Shown here: piece after piece, positions 16,535-24,228 of the stretch
How positions within the stretch are numbered: position 1 is the first letter of the stretch
Layout of the letters: each line of letters starts with the position of its first letter
Assembly (NCBI GenBank): GCA_021463485.1
Contig: JAJTYJ010000001.1
Coordinates: 205,932 to 253,146 of the forward strand
Source of the DNA: a bacterium
GTDB taxonomy: Bacteria; Patescibacteriota; UBA1384; 2-12-FULL-50-11
Length of the DNA: 47,215 nucleotides
Reading direction: 5' to 3'
Made by a program: the position numbers and the translations under genes
The notes under the pieces: generated by a model
Seen by the model: only the letters and a program-made list of their open reading frames with translations
What the model was told of the DNA's origin: nothing
The model's database searches: none

Positions 16535-18112
16535 TTACTCAGTTACTGATCTAATCTCAGCTTCAGTCGTTAACCCCTGAGAAACTTTTTCCAAACCATC
16601 TTGAAGTAGTGTTTTATTGCCTACGGCGGTAAACTGCTGCTCAAATTCGCCAAGCGTCGCTTCTCGTTTAATCAGCTCAACTGTCTGTTGGTCTGGGATG
16701 TAGTGCTCAGCGATCAAGATTCTACCTTTAAAGCCTGTGTTGTTACACTGCTCGCAGCCAGTTCCTTTACAGTACTGACAGAGCTTACGGACGAGTCGTT
16801 GCGCTACCACCAGCGAAATTGCGTCGGCAAGTAAGTATTTCGGTACGCCCATTTGAATAAGACGGGCAAACGCGGCCGGGGCACTGTTGGTGTGGAGCGT
16901 GCTTAAGACCAAGTGCCCCGTCAGCGCGGCGTTCACGGCGATCTCGGCGGTCTCTTTATCGCGAATTTCTCCAACCATAATAATATCCGGATCTTGACGC
17001 AACGCTGCCCTGAGCGCTTGTGCGAAATCGAAGGCACCGGTGCTAACCTGCTCATTGGTCTGGCCGTCTTTGCCCTTATGGCTAACACTAATCGTCTCGC
17101 CTGCTGGTTCGATCTGAACCTGTTCGATTCCATCTAATCGGTACTCAACAGGATCTTCTAAGGTGATAATCTTGCGATCTGGTTTGTTTAATATCTGTAA
17201 GACGGAGTAGAGGCTAGTGCTCTTACCCGAGCCGGTCGGGCCGGTAAAGAGGATGAGGCCTTCTGGTTTGGCGATCGACTGCATAATCGCCTGTAGGGTT
17301 GCCGGCGCAAAACCGAGCTGGTCGATCGAGAGCATTTCGTGGTTAGCAAGGAGGCGTAACTCGATAGTTTGGCCAAACGTTGTCGGGATGGCATTAACTC
17401 GAATATCGATCGGAGTCTCGCCGATCTTGACCGTCATTCGACCGTCCTGAGCGACTTTCTTAATATCTAATTTAATATGGGCAGCAGTTTTAATTCTGGA
17501 CGATAACGCGTGATACGACTTTTCGGGAATCTCGATTATCGGCAGTAATCGACCGTCAATACGGAATCGGATATGAACAGAAGACTCCATCGGCTCAAAA
17601 TGGATATCCGACGCCTCAAGCGCGACCGCACCTGAGATAATCGTATCCAGAAGCTCACTGGTGGAGACCCGACCGATCGCTGCCTGGAGATCTTTAAGGC
17701 CGGTAATTTGAGTAGCAAACTCCTCTTTTGTCGATTGTTGGATCGAAGTTGGTTTTGGTTTTTGTACGAGTAACGGGTATCGAGACAACGCGTAAGCGAT
17801 CGAGGTGTTTGAGCAGATATACGGCTCGAATGTAATGCCGATTTTTGCGCCCAATTCGTTCATCGTCTCGGCCAAGCCTTGTTGGAACGGATCCGGAGTG
17901 GCAACGCGCACAGTTTGACCGAGTCGCATAAACGCCACCAGTCGGTACTGAAGCGCCTGCTCTTCGGGGATAATATTTAAGACATCACCGACGAATGGGT
18001 AGTTTACTAAGTTAACGTACGGCAACCCCTTCTGCGACGCAAAGAGCGCAACTTGCTCTTCTTCTTGCTGTCGATCGAAGCTTCGTACAACTGAACGTAA
18101 ATCCCTCGCCAT
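16535..18112 (-). CDS. GspE/PulE/PilB family pilus assembly ATPase
   Basis: ASDIHFEP, AQDGR, Walker A GPTGSGKST, TLEDPVEY, LRQDPDIIMVGEIRD, TGHLVLSTLHTN and AQRLVRKLC motifs. Confidence 0.95.
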   Translation of the reverse strand: MARDLRSVVRSFDRQQEEEQVALFASQKGLPYVNLVNYPFVGDVLNIIPEEQALQYRLVAFMRLGQTVRVATPDPFQQGLAETMNELGAKIGITFEPYICSNTSIAYALSRYPLLVQKPKPTSIQQSTKEEFATQITGLKDLQAAIGRVSTSELLDTIISGAVALEASDIHFEPMESSVHIRFRIDGRLLPIIEIPEKSYHALSSRIKTAAHIKLDIKKVAQDGRMTVKIGETPIDIRVNAIPTTFGQTIELRLLANHEMLSIDQLGFAPATLQAIMQSIAKPEGLILFTGPTGSGKSTSLYSVLQILNKPDRKIITLEDPVEYRLDGIEQVQIEPAGETISVSHKGKDGQTNEQVSTGAFDFAQALRAALRQDPDIIMVGEIRDKETAEIAVNAALTGHLVLSTLHTNSAPAAFARLIQMGVPKYLLADAISLVVAQRLVRKLCQYCKGTGCEQCNNTGFKGRILIAEHYIPDQQTVELIKREATLGEFEQQFTAVGNKTLLQDGLEKVSQGLTTEAEIRSVTE

Positions 18113-18175
18113 TAGCTTATTGTAGCCTAAATACCCTCAACGAACGCTGTGATTTAAGGTAAAATATCCAGGTAC

Positions 18176-18262
18176 GGAAGAGTGCCGGAGTGGTTGAACG
18201 GGACAGTCTCGAAAACTGTTGGCTGCGCAAGTGGCTCGTGAGTTCGAATCTCACCTCTTCCG
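18176..18262 (+). tRNA. tRNA-Ser (anticodon CGA)
   Basis: GGAAGAG/CTCTTCC acceptor stem, anticodon arm ACAGT-CTCGAAA-ACTGT, long variable arm, GTTCGAATC T-loop. Confidence 0.96.
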
Positions 18263-18322
18263 CGAAAAGTTCGACGACGAAAAAGCGAATGAGGCGCTGA
18301 AATTCGCCGAAGGTGAATGAAG

Positions 18323-18336
18323 ATCTCACCCCTTCC
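18323..18336 (+). repeat. Degenerate copy of the tRNA-Ser(CGA) 3' end
   Basis: ATCTCACCCCTTCC versus ATCTCACCTCTTCC at 18248-18261 (13/14 identical). Confidence 0.7.
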
Positions 18337-18342
18337 TCAGTT

Positions 18343-18378
18343 ACAAAAAAGCCGCCTCCGAAGAAGCGGCTTTTTTGT
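18343..18378. terminator. Intrinsic terminator, probably bidirectional
   Basis: ACAAAAAAGCCGC...GCGGCTTTTTTGT inverted repeat. Confidence 0.85.
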
Positions 18379-18502
18379 TTTATTAATCTAATGTACAGAT
18401 CTCTACTGAGATTAAGTAAAGTAAACAACAGGTTAACCCCGTTGTCAACAATTTTTTAGGGTAAAAAAAGGCCGGTAGGCCTGCTGCATTTCTGCAGAAA
18501 AC

Positions 18503-19228
18503 CTACCGGGAAGTGGATTTGAACTCGCGCATCTTCTTACGCAAGTCGTCGAGGGCTCTGGCCGTAGCCATCATACCGCGCCGGAACTCGGGATTGTTAT
18601 CCCATTGATCCAGCCGGAACTGGTTGCCGATTTTGAAACCGGCAAACAGTCGATCAACTGACAGACCCTCGAGGTTGGTGGAGCCGTACTTAGCCCGACC
18701 AACAAACGTCTTCACTCGCCGACCCGTTACCAGATCTTTGAGATGAACAACGATGATCGCCTCGGCCGATCCCGACTCGAGAGCGATGTTAACTCCCCCT
18801 AAGGAGAGGTTCATGCCGCGCGATCCGCCACCGTTGGAGCCGCCAGTGGCGATATCCAGGGCGTATTCGCTCGGTTCGAGCGTTCGCTCGCGCAGTCTGG
18901 CGGAGTCGGCAACCCAGCGGTTGTTCCACAGCGCGTCGCGCTGGGAGGCCTCGTTGAGTAGTTCGAGCGTACTCGAACCAACTTGCCCACCCCACTCCTG
19001 GTTCACCAACTCGGCCACAAGGCCGAAGAGGATTTCCCTTGAGTAGGGGCCGCCGCTCATTTCCCACCCGTTGTCGCCGAGGGCGAGTTCGAACGGGGCG
19101 GACCAATTGATAGGCCCGCGCGCTTGCGGTGTCGTGGGGCGAGCGTTGCTGCCGCCCAGGTTGTCGATACTTTGGGCAAAGCCCAAGCTCGTCAAGAAGG
19201 CGAGAACGATAGTCGTAACGATCTTCAT
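18503..19228 (-). CDS. Secreted protein, possibly of the CsgG/HfaB family
   Basis: Signal peptide ending AQS; Gly-rich beta hairpin followed by AEAIIVVHLKDLVTGRRVKTFVGRAK and a C-terminal helix ATARALDDL; SD AGGAG; GC-rich codon usage. Confidence 0.55.
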   Translation of the reverse strand: MKIVTTIVLAFLTSLGFAQSIDNLGGSNARPTTPQARGPINWSAPFELALGDNGWEMSGGPYSREILFGLVAELVNQEWGGQVGSSTLELLNEASQRDALWNNRWVADSARLRERTLEPSEYALDIATGGSNGGGSRGMNLSLGGVNIALESGSAEAIIVVHLKDLVTGRRVKTFVGRAKYGSTNLEGLSVDRLFAGFKIGNQFRLDQWDNNPEFRRGMMATARALDDLRKKMREFKSTSR

Positions 19229-19279
19229 GTTAACTCCTGTGTACGTTTCGCGTTTTTGAGGACGCGAAATTGTGCCCCG

Positions 19280-19308
19280 ACTATACCAGTTAACTGGTTA
19301 AAAGTCAA
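19280..19308 (-). promoter_or_regulatory. Near-consensus sigma-70 promoter with a 14-bp palindrome in the spacer
   Basis: Minus strand TTGACT (19308-19303), 17 bp, TATAGT (19285-19280); palindrome ACCAGTTAACTGGT at 19285-19298. Confidence 0.75.
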
Positions 19309-19320
19309 GGGATTGGGGGG

Positions 19321-19683
19321 CTATTTCTGGGGTTCTGCTCGCAGGATTTTATCCATCGACTTACCGTGAGCTAGCTCGTCGACGAGTTTGTCGAGATATC
19401 GCACTTCTCGCATAATCGGGTCTTGAATCTCTTCTACGCGAACTCCGCAAATAACGCCCTTAATGAGGTTGCGCAGAGGGTTAGGCTTGGGGGCTTGAGT
19501 AAAGAAATTTTCAAAATCTGTTCCCTGTTCTAGCTTCGTTTCTAGCTTTTTGTGGCTGTAACCGGTTAGCCAGCAGATAATCTGATCGACTTCCTGTTTT
19601 GTTCGCCCTTTTCTCTCGGCCTTAGCTACGTAGAACGGATATACTTTGGCGACCACCATTTTATAAACTCGTTCGTTGTTCAT
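19321..19683 (-). CDS. DUF2200 family protein
   Basis: [40 protein letters not shown] and [14 protein letters not shown] motifs. Confidence 0.92.
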   Translation of the reverse strand: MNNERVYKMVVAKVYPFYVAKAERKGRTKQEVDQIICWLTGYSHKKLETKLEQGTDFENFFTQAPKPNPLRNLIKGVICGVRVEEIQDPIMREVRYLDKLVDELAHGKSMDKILRAEPQK

Positions 19684-19714
19684 AAGCTCTATAGTACTTC
19701 CGTCGCTAGCTAAT

Positions 19715-19738
19715 AAAAATACCTGCGCTAAGCAGGTA
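19715..19738 (-). terminator. Terminator downstream of tRNA-Ser(GCT) and its 3' repeat
   Basis: TACCTGC-N5-GCAGGTA hairpin followed by TTTTT on the minus strand. Confidence 0.65.
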
Positions 19739-19743
19739 GGGAA

Positions 19744-19761
19744 CTGGCGGAGAGGCAGGGA
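19744..19761 (-). repeat. Exact 18-bp copy of the tRNA-Ser(GCT) 3' end, including CCA
   Basis: CTGGCGGAGAGGCAGGGA at 19744-19761 and 19797-19814. Confidence 0.9.
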
Positions 19762-19797
19762 AGACGGTCCCCTAAATCCCTACCTCGTCATAAGTTC

Positions 19798-19889
19798 TGG
19801 CGGAGAGGCAGGGATTCGAACCCTGGGTCCATCTTTCGACAGACAACTCATTAGCAGTGAGCTCCATTCGACCACTCTGGCACCTCTCC
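19798..19889 (-). tRNA. tRNA-Ser (anticodon GCT), CCA encoded
   Basis: GGAGAGG/CCTCTCC acceptor stem, anticodon arm GCTCA-CTGCTAA-TGAGT, long variable arm, ends GCCA. Confidence 0.96.
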
Positions 19890-19955
19890 AATTTGTAAAG
19901 AATTACCTGAGTATTATATCTCGGTTCACCAAGTAAAAAAAGCAGGTTTCCCTGC

Positions 19956-20999
19956 TTACTGTATTGGAGTACCTAACGGTATTCCGATTTTGCTAAGTAG
20001 ATTTTTCCCAGTCCAATCTGTTGGTACCGGTATTTCTAGAAGCGAAAGAGCGGTTGCCGCCGTATCCATCGTCGAGATTGATCGCCCCGATAGAACGGAG
20101 CTGGCAAATTGATAATTCTGCTGAATCTTGCCGCCCGTTGCTGCCCAGGGAATGGTCGTGTCTTCCGGGCTGTCTGATCCGTGACTCTTACCCTTCCCGC
20201 CGTGATCAGAAGTAATAATCACCACAGTTTGGTTCCATAAGTCATCCGATTTTAGTTGAGCCAATAGCAAACCTGTTACTCGATCCACTTCTTGAAGAGC
20301 TGCCATGTACTGCTGTGAGGGCGCCTCGTCTTTCGATCCCCCGCCCCAACCGTAGGCGTGCCCCGCCGCGTCTGGTTCTTTGAAGTGAAGAAATAGTAGC
20401 CCAACTGAGCTGTCTTTCAATATCTCGAGCGCTCGGTTGGTGGCGGCAGCTGCGTCTCCCTGCTCATAGAAGTAGCGGTCGATAGTTTCTGGTTTATTTA
20501 AATGAGCGAACTTTTCCTTAGTTGCCACCATCGCCGTGCCGATCCCCTGTTTGTTGGCCAGCTCAAAGATAGTTTCGCTTTTAACGAAGCCACGCTCTGG
20601 CTGATAATCATTCCAGGTAATTTTGTGTTCCGAGATCGGTCTGCCGGTTAGCATCGAAGTGTGGCTTGGTAGCGTCACACTCGGTACAACGGTCTGGGCG
20701 TCTAAATCTACATAGCTTCCGACCTGTAGACTCGCAAAAGTTGGGAGCTTACCCTCGTCCATTAAGGACTTCATCACAACAGGTTTTGCTCCGTCCCAGC
20801 TCACAATTACAACCCGACTAACCTTAGTTGGTTGCGGCGTTTGCTTCTCAACTGGCGTCTGAGCGCTCTCCGGTTCCCGCTGCGATATTGTCCAGGTTAG
20901 ATAGCTGCCAAGCCCGAGCGCTATAAGCGCTAAGCTGACGATACTCCAAAGGAAGAATCGGTTTAATTTGTTCGAGTGCATAGATATATTGTTGACCAC
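19956..20999 (-). CDS. Alkaline phosphatase superfamily protein (nucleotide pyrophosphatase/phosphodiesterase type), membrane-anchored
   Basis: VVIVSWDG, PSVTLPSHTSMLTG, PDAAGHAYG, IITSDHGG and DTAAT motifs; start may be the second Met. Confidence 0.9.
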   Translation of the reverse strand: MVNNISMHSNKLNRFFLWSIVSLALIALGLGSYLTWTISQREPESAQTPVEKQTPQPTKVSRVVIVSWDGAKPVVMKSLMDEGKLPTFASLQVGSYVDLDAQTVVPSVTLPSHTSMLTGRPISEHKITWNDYQPERGFVKSETIFELANKQGIGTAMVATKEKFAHLNKPETIDRYFYEQGDAAAATNRALEILKDSSVGLLFLHFKEPDAAGHAYGWGGGSKDEAPSQQYMAALQEVDRVTGLLLAQLKSDDLWNQTVVIITSDHGGKGKSHGSDSPEDTTIPWAATGGKIQQNYQFASSVLSGRSISTMDTAATALSLLEIPVPTDWTGKNLLSKIGIPLGTPIQ

Positions 21000-21036
21000 C
21001 TCACCTGGAAAGGCAATGTGGTACGATCAAAGTACG

Positions 21037-21528
21037 ATGAAACCGCGCTCAGAGCACAAAAAGAGCTCAAAACACACCACCCACAGTTTCGCGGCGAAAG
21101 AATTCGTCTACCACGAAAAAAACCACTACTGGTACATCGGTGTGGCGGTACTACTGCTTGGCTTTCTTTTCTTAACTATCCAATCGCAAGATTATCTAAT
21201 GTCGGCCGTCGTTATTGCTATCGGCGTTGCGGTGTTTCGGCTTGCCGGTCTCAAGCCCGGATCACATAATCTCGAAGTGACGTCGAAAGGTGTTTACTGG
21301 GGCGATAAGTTTATCGGCTTTCACCAAATAAAAAACTTTTGGGTAGCGGATATAAACGGACAAGCGCACGTTTACTTAGACCAGCTCGGTTTCCGCCCAA
21401 CGCTCTCGTTTGTAATCCCAGCATCAAAAATCGAATCAGTAGTAATGTTACTAGTTAGCCATCTCCCCCATCACCCCCACCGTAACGAACCGGTTTCAGA
21501 TAAATTGAACAGGTTGCTTAGGCTATAA
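21037..21528 (+). CDS. Conserved CPR-type membrane protein (two TM helices plus a PH-like domain)
   Basis: AKEFVYHEKNHYWY, two TM segments, IKNFWV and EPVSDKLNRLLRL; start placed at ATG 21037. Confidence 0.75.
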   Translation: MKPRSEHKKSSKHTTHSFAAKEFVYHEKNHYWYIGVAVLLLGFLFLTIQSQDYLMSAVVIAIGVAVFRLAGLKPGSHNLEVTSKGVYWGDKFIGFHQIKNFWVADINGQAHVYLDQLGFRPTLSFVIPASKIESVVMLLVSHLPHHPHRNEPVSDKLNRLLRL

Positions 21529-21537
21529 AATTATCTC

Positions 21538-21573
21538 CAATTGTCTTTACAATTTCTGACAATTGCGTATTAT
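21538..21573 (+). promoter_or_regulatory. Promoter overlapped by an inverted repeat
   Basis: TTTACA (21546-21551), 16 bp, TATTAT (21568-21573); CAATTGTC-N12-GACAATTG at 21538-21565. Confidence 0.55.
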
Positions 21574-21598
21574 ATCCAAGCACCTTAACGGAGGAACC

Positions 21599-22114
21599 AT
21601 GTCAAAACTTGCACAAGAACTCATCCAAACCCCTGAAGGGTATTTCTACCACGAGTCGGCATACGTCGACGAGGGATCCGTGATTGGCGAGGGCACCAAG
21701 ATCTGGCATTTTAGTCACGTCTGCCCAGGCGCCAAAATCGGCCGTAACTGCGTGATCGGTCAGGGTTGCTACATCGGCCCGGGCGTAGTCATCGGAGACA
21801 ACTGCAAAGTTCAGAACGGAAACTCGTTGTACGAGGGTATCGTTCTCGAAGACGGCGCGTTCATCGGGCCTCACTGTGCGTTCACAAACGACCGCAACCC
21901 GGTCGCTGTGGACACTAGAACCAAGGAAGAGTGGCTTGAGCACACACTGCTTAAGAAAAACTGTGCCTTGGGCGCTGGAACGGTCGTCCGTTGTGGCATC
22001 ACCATCGGTGAAGGCGCGCGAACTGGCGCTGGAACACTTGTCGTCAAGGATATTCCTGACGGCGAGCTCTGGGTCTCCAAGGCTCTGCCAGCGGAACCCA
22101 TGCTCACTTCCTGA
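21599..22114 (+). CDS. Hexapeptide-repeat N-acetyltransferase, WbpD/WlbB-like
   Basis: HESAYVDEGSVIGEGTKIWHFSHV, KVQNGNSLYEG and FIGPHCAFTNDRNP motifs; SD GGAGG before ATG 21599. Confidence 0.9.
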   Translation: MSKLAQELIQTPEGYFYHESAYVDEGSVIGEGTKIWHFSHVCPGAKIGRNCVIGQGCYIGPGVVIGDNCKVQNGNSLYEGIVLEDGAFIGPHCAFTNDRNPVAVDTRTKEEWLEHTLLKKNCALGAGTVVRCGITIGEGARTGAGTLVVKDIPDGELWVSKALPAEPMLTS

Positions 22115-22162
22115 TCACGGAGGAACCTCCGTGATCGCTCCCCGCTTCGGCGGGGATTTTTT
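22113..22162 (+). terminator. Perfect 11-bp-arm hairpin followed by an intrinsic terminator
   Basis: GATCACGGAGG-AA-CCTCCGTGATC (22113-22136); TCCCCGC-TTCG-GCGGGGA-TTTTTT (22139-22162). Confidence 0.85.
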
Positions 22163-22199
22163 ATTTCCGTATCAGGGTAATTAGGTTAAAATACAAGTC

Positions 22200-23486
22200 A
22201 TGAATCGGTTCTCCGCGTTAATTAAAGGCAGCGCGGTCGTTACTATTGGTACGCTCGTGAGCGGAGTACTTTCTTACGCTTACAGCTCGCTTATGGGGCG
22301 TATGCTTGGCCCAGCCGACTTTGGTGATTTAGGAGCGATAAACGCGTATTTTGTGCTCTTAACAGCAGTTGGGGGTGGGTTGCTAACTGTGACGATGTAC
22401 TACACTAGCTCACTTTCAGCTAGCGGAAACCTAGTTGGGGTTGCTCGTTTTTATCGAAAACTTATAATAATCGTTTTTCTTGCGTCACTAGTTATGACGA
22501 TTATCGTTGTTCTAACCGCTCCGCTTGTTGCGGATTTTTTCTCAATTAAAGATTCACGCAGTCTCGCTTTTGCGCTTTCTTCAATTGTTGCCAGTCTACT
22601 ACTCGTAGTGAACCGAGGGGTTCTACAGGGTAGTCAGAAATTCGGGCAGCTAACTATAAGCAATATCTTAGAGTACGGGATCAAGCTTGTTGTAGCATAT
22701 ATATTGGTGCGAGCAGGATTAGCGCTAGGCGGTGCTACGTTAGCAATACCAATAGCTGCAGTTAGTACTTTTCTAATAACCTTTCTACCGCTTCGACAGG
22801 TGTTAAAAGTAGATAGCTCGAAGCAACAGGAAGCGACTAGTCACTTTCCAAATAAAAAAGAGATTGCGCTCTACTTCCTGCCAGCTTTGGCCAGTAACGC
22901 GCTCCTGCTTTTACTAATGAATACAGACATTCTTCTTGCAAAAAGATATTTTGAAGCCGAAATAGCTGGCCAGTACATCGCAGTTTCTACGGTTGCGAAA
23001 ATAATTTTCTACATAACTGGGCCGATCACTTCTGTGATGTTTCCCTTGATCGCTTCTCAGCGTAGTCGGGGCGAGAAACACTATCTAACGCTGGTTGGTT
23101 CGGCAATCATTACGGTACTCGGCTCAATGTTAATACTGGCGCTATACACTGTCTTTGACAAAGAAATCGTGACAGCGCTTTACGGCGCTCAGTACCAAGC
23201 TCTATCTAAGTACTTGCCCATCAGTGCAATCCTAGTAATACTTCTTTCATTAGTTAACCTAATGAGTCAGTATTTCTTATCAATTCAGCGCTACTGGTTT
23301 ATCGCTGAGATGACAGTGGTCTCAGTAATTGTTTTAGCCTACAGCTTAATAACGGCTACTGAAACAATCGATTCGATGCTCAACCGCCTTGTGCTTGGTT
23401 TATCTGGCTTAATCGTTATTATGGCAGTGGACTACCTAATTATGAAACGCAGACAGATATCGGAGATTTGGCATAGAAATGACTAA
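22200..23486 (+). CDS. Wzx-type oligosaccharide flippase
   Basis: About 12 TM helices; GRMLGPADFG, RGVLQGSQKF, NTDILLAKRYF and AGQY motifs. Confidence 0.9.
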   Translation: MNRFSALIKGSAVVTIGTLVSGVLSYAYSSLMGRMLGPADFGDLGAINAYFVLLTAVGGGLLTVTMYYTSSLSASGNLVGVARFYRKLIIIVFLASLVMTIIVVLTAPLVADFFSIKDSRSLAFALSSIVASLLLVVNRGVLQGSQKFGQLTISNILEYGIKLVVAYILVRAGLALGGATLAIPIAAVSTFLITFLPLRQVLKVDSSKQQEATSHFPNKKEIALYFLPALASNALLLLLMNTDILLAKRYFEAEIAGQYIAVSTVAKIIFYITGPITSVMFPLIASQRSRGEKHYLTLVGSAIITVLGSMLILALYTVFDKEIVTALYGAQYQALSKYLPISAILVILLSLVNLMSQYFLSIQRYWFIAEMTVVSVIVLAYSLITATETIDSMLNRLVLGLSGLIVIMAVDYLIMKRRQISEIWHRND

Positions 23487-24228
23487 CCAACCAAAGCTAT
23501 CAATTATTATCCCAGCGTATAAGGAAGAAAGAAGTATTCGTCAGACAGTTGAAAGAATCGTCGAAGTATACGACAAGCTACCGTACTCGTACGAAGTATT
23601 AGTTGTTGTTGATGGTTCACCGGACCAAACAGCTGCAGAGGCAAAAAAAGTTAACTCACAAAACGTAAAAGTTTACGAATACTCGCCAAATCAGGGTAAG
23701 GGCTACGCAATTAAATACGGTGTTGAGAAAGCGATCGGAAAGATAATAACCTTTACAGACGCTGGTGGCGATTTTAACCCAGAGCAGTTCGATAAGTATG
23801 TTAGTTTAATGGAGCTCTTCGACGCGGATATTGTAATCGGCTCGAAGCGTCATCCGGCCTCTAGGGTAAATTACCCACTCGTACGGCGAATTTATTCGCG
23901 CTGCTACCAGCTGCTTATCCGCTTACTGTTTGGGTTAAAGGTAACCGATACCCAAACAGGACTTAAATTCTTTAAGAGTAATGTTGCAAAAACAATCTTT
24001 CCTAAGGCGTTGGTTAAACAGTATGCGATTGATTTAGAGCTGCTCGTAATCGCCCAGCAATATGGATTTAAGCGAATCTTCGAAGCTCCTGTCGAGCTAG
24101 AATTTAATACCGAAGGTGGTGGAGCAGCGACGATACGAGCAATTTGGAAAATGTTTGTTGATACGCTGGCCGTTTTCTATCGCTCACGCATTCTGAACTA
24201 TTATCAACAGAGTAACCAGGAGAAGTAA
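23479..24228 (+). CDS. GT2 glycosyltransferase, polyprenyl-phosphate glycosyltransferase (DPM/DPG synthase-like)
   Basis: LSIIIPAYKEE, VVDGSPD, NQGKGYA, DIVIGSKRH and DTQTGLK motifs. Confidence 0.92.
   Translation: MTNQPKLSIIIPAYKEERSIRQTVERIVEVYDKLPYSYEVLVVVDGSPDQTAAEAKKVNSQNVKVYEYSPNQGKGYAIKYGVEKAIGKIITFTDAGGDFNPEQFDKYVSLMELFDADIVIGSKRHPASRVNYPLVRRIYSRCYQLLIRLLFGLKVTDTQTGLKFFKSNVAKTIFPKALVKQYAIDLELLVIAQQYGFKRIFEAPVELEFNTEGGGAATIRAIWKMFVDTLAVFYRSRILNYYQQSNQEK

Noticed and set aside
18117-18428. 103-aa ORF (and the similar 19676-19936 ORF)
   Set aside because: Both are antisense to tRNA-Ser genes and their terminators.
18263-19797. Prophage or integrative element between the tRNA-Ser genes
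   Set aside because: There is no integrase or phage gene, and each duplicated tRNA end lies within 65 bp of its own tRNA rather than bracketing the cargo genes.
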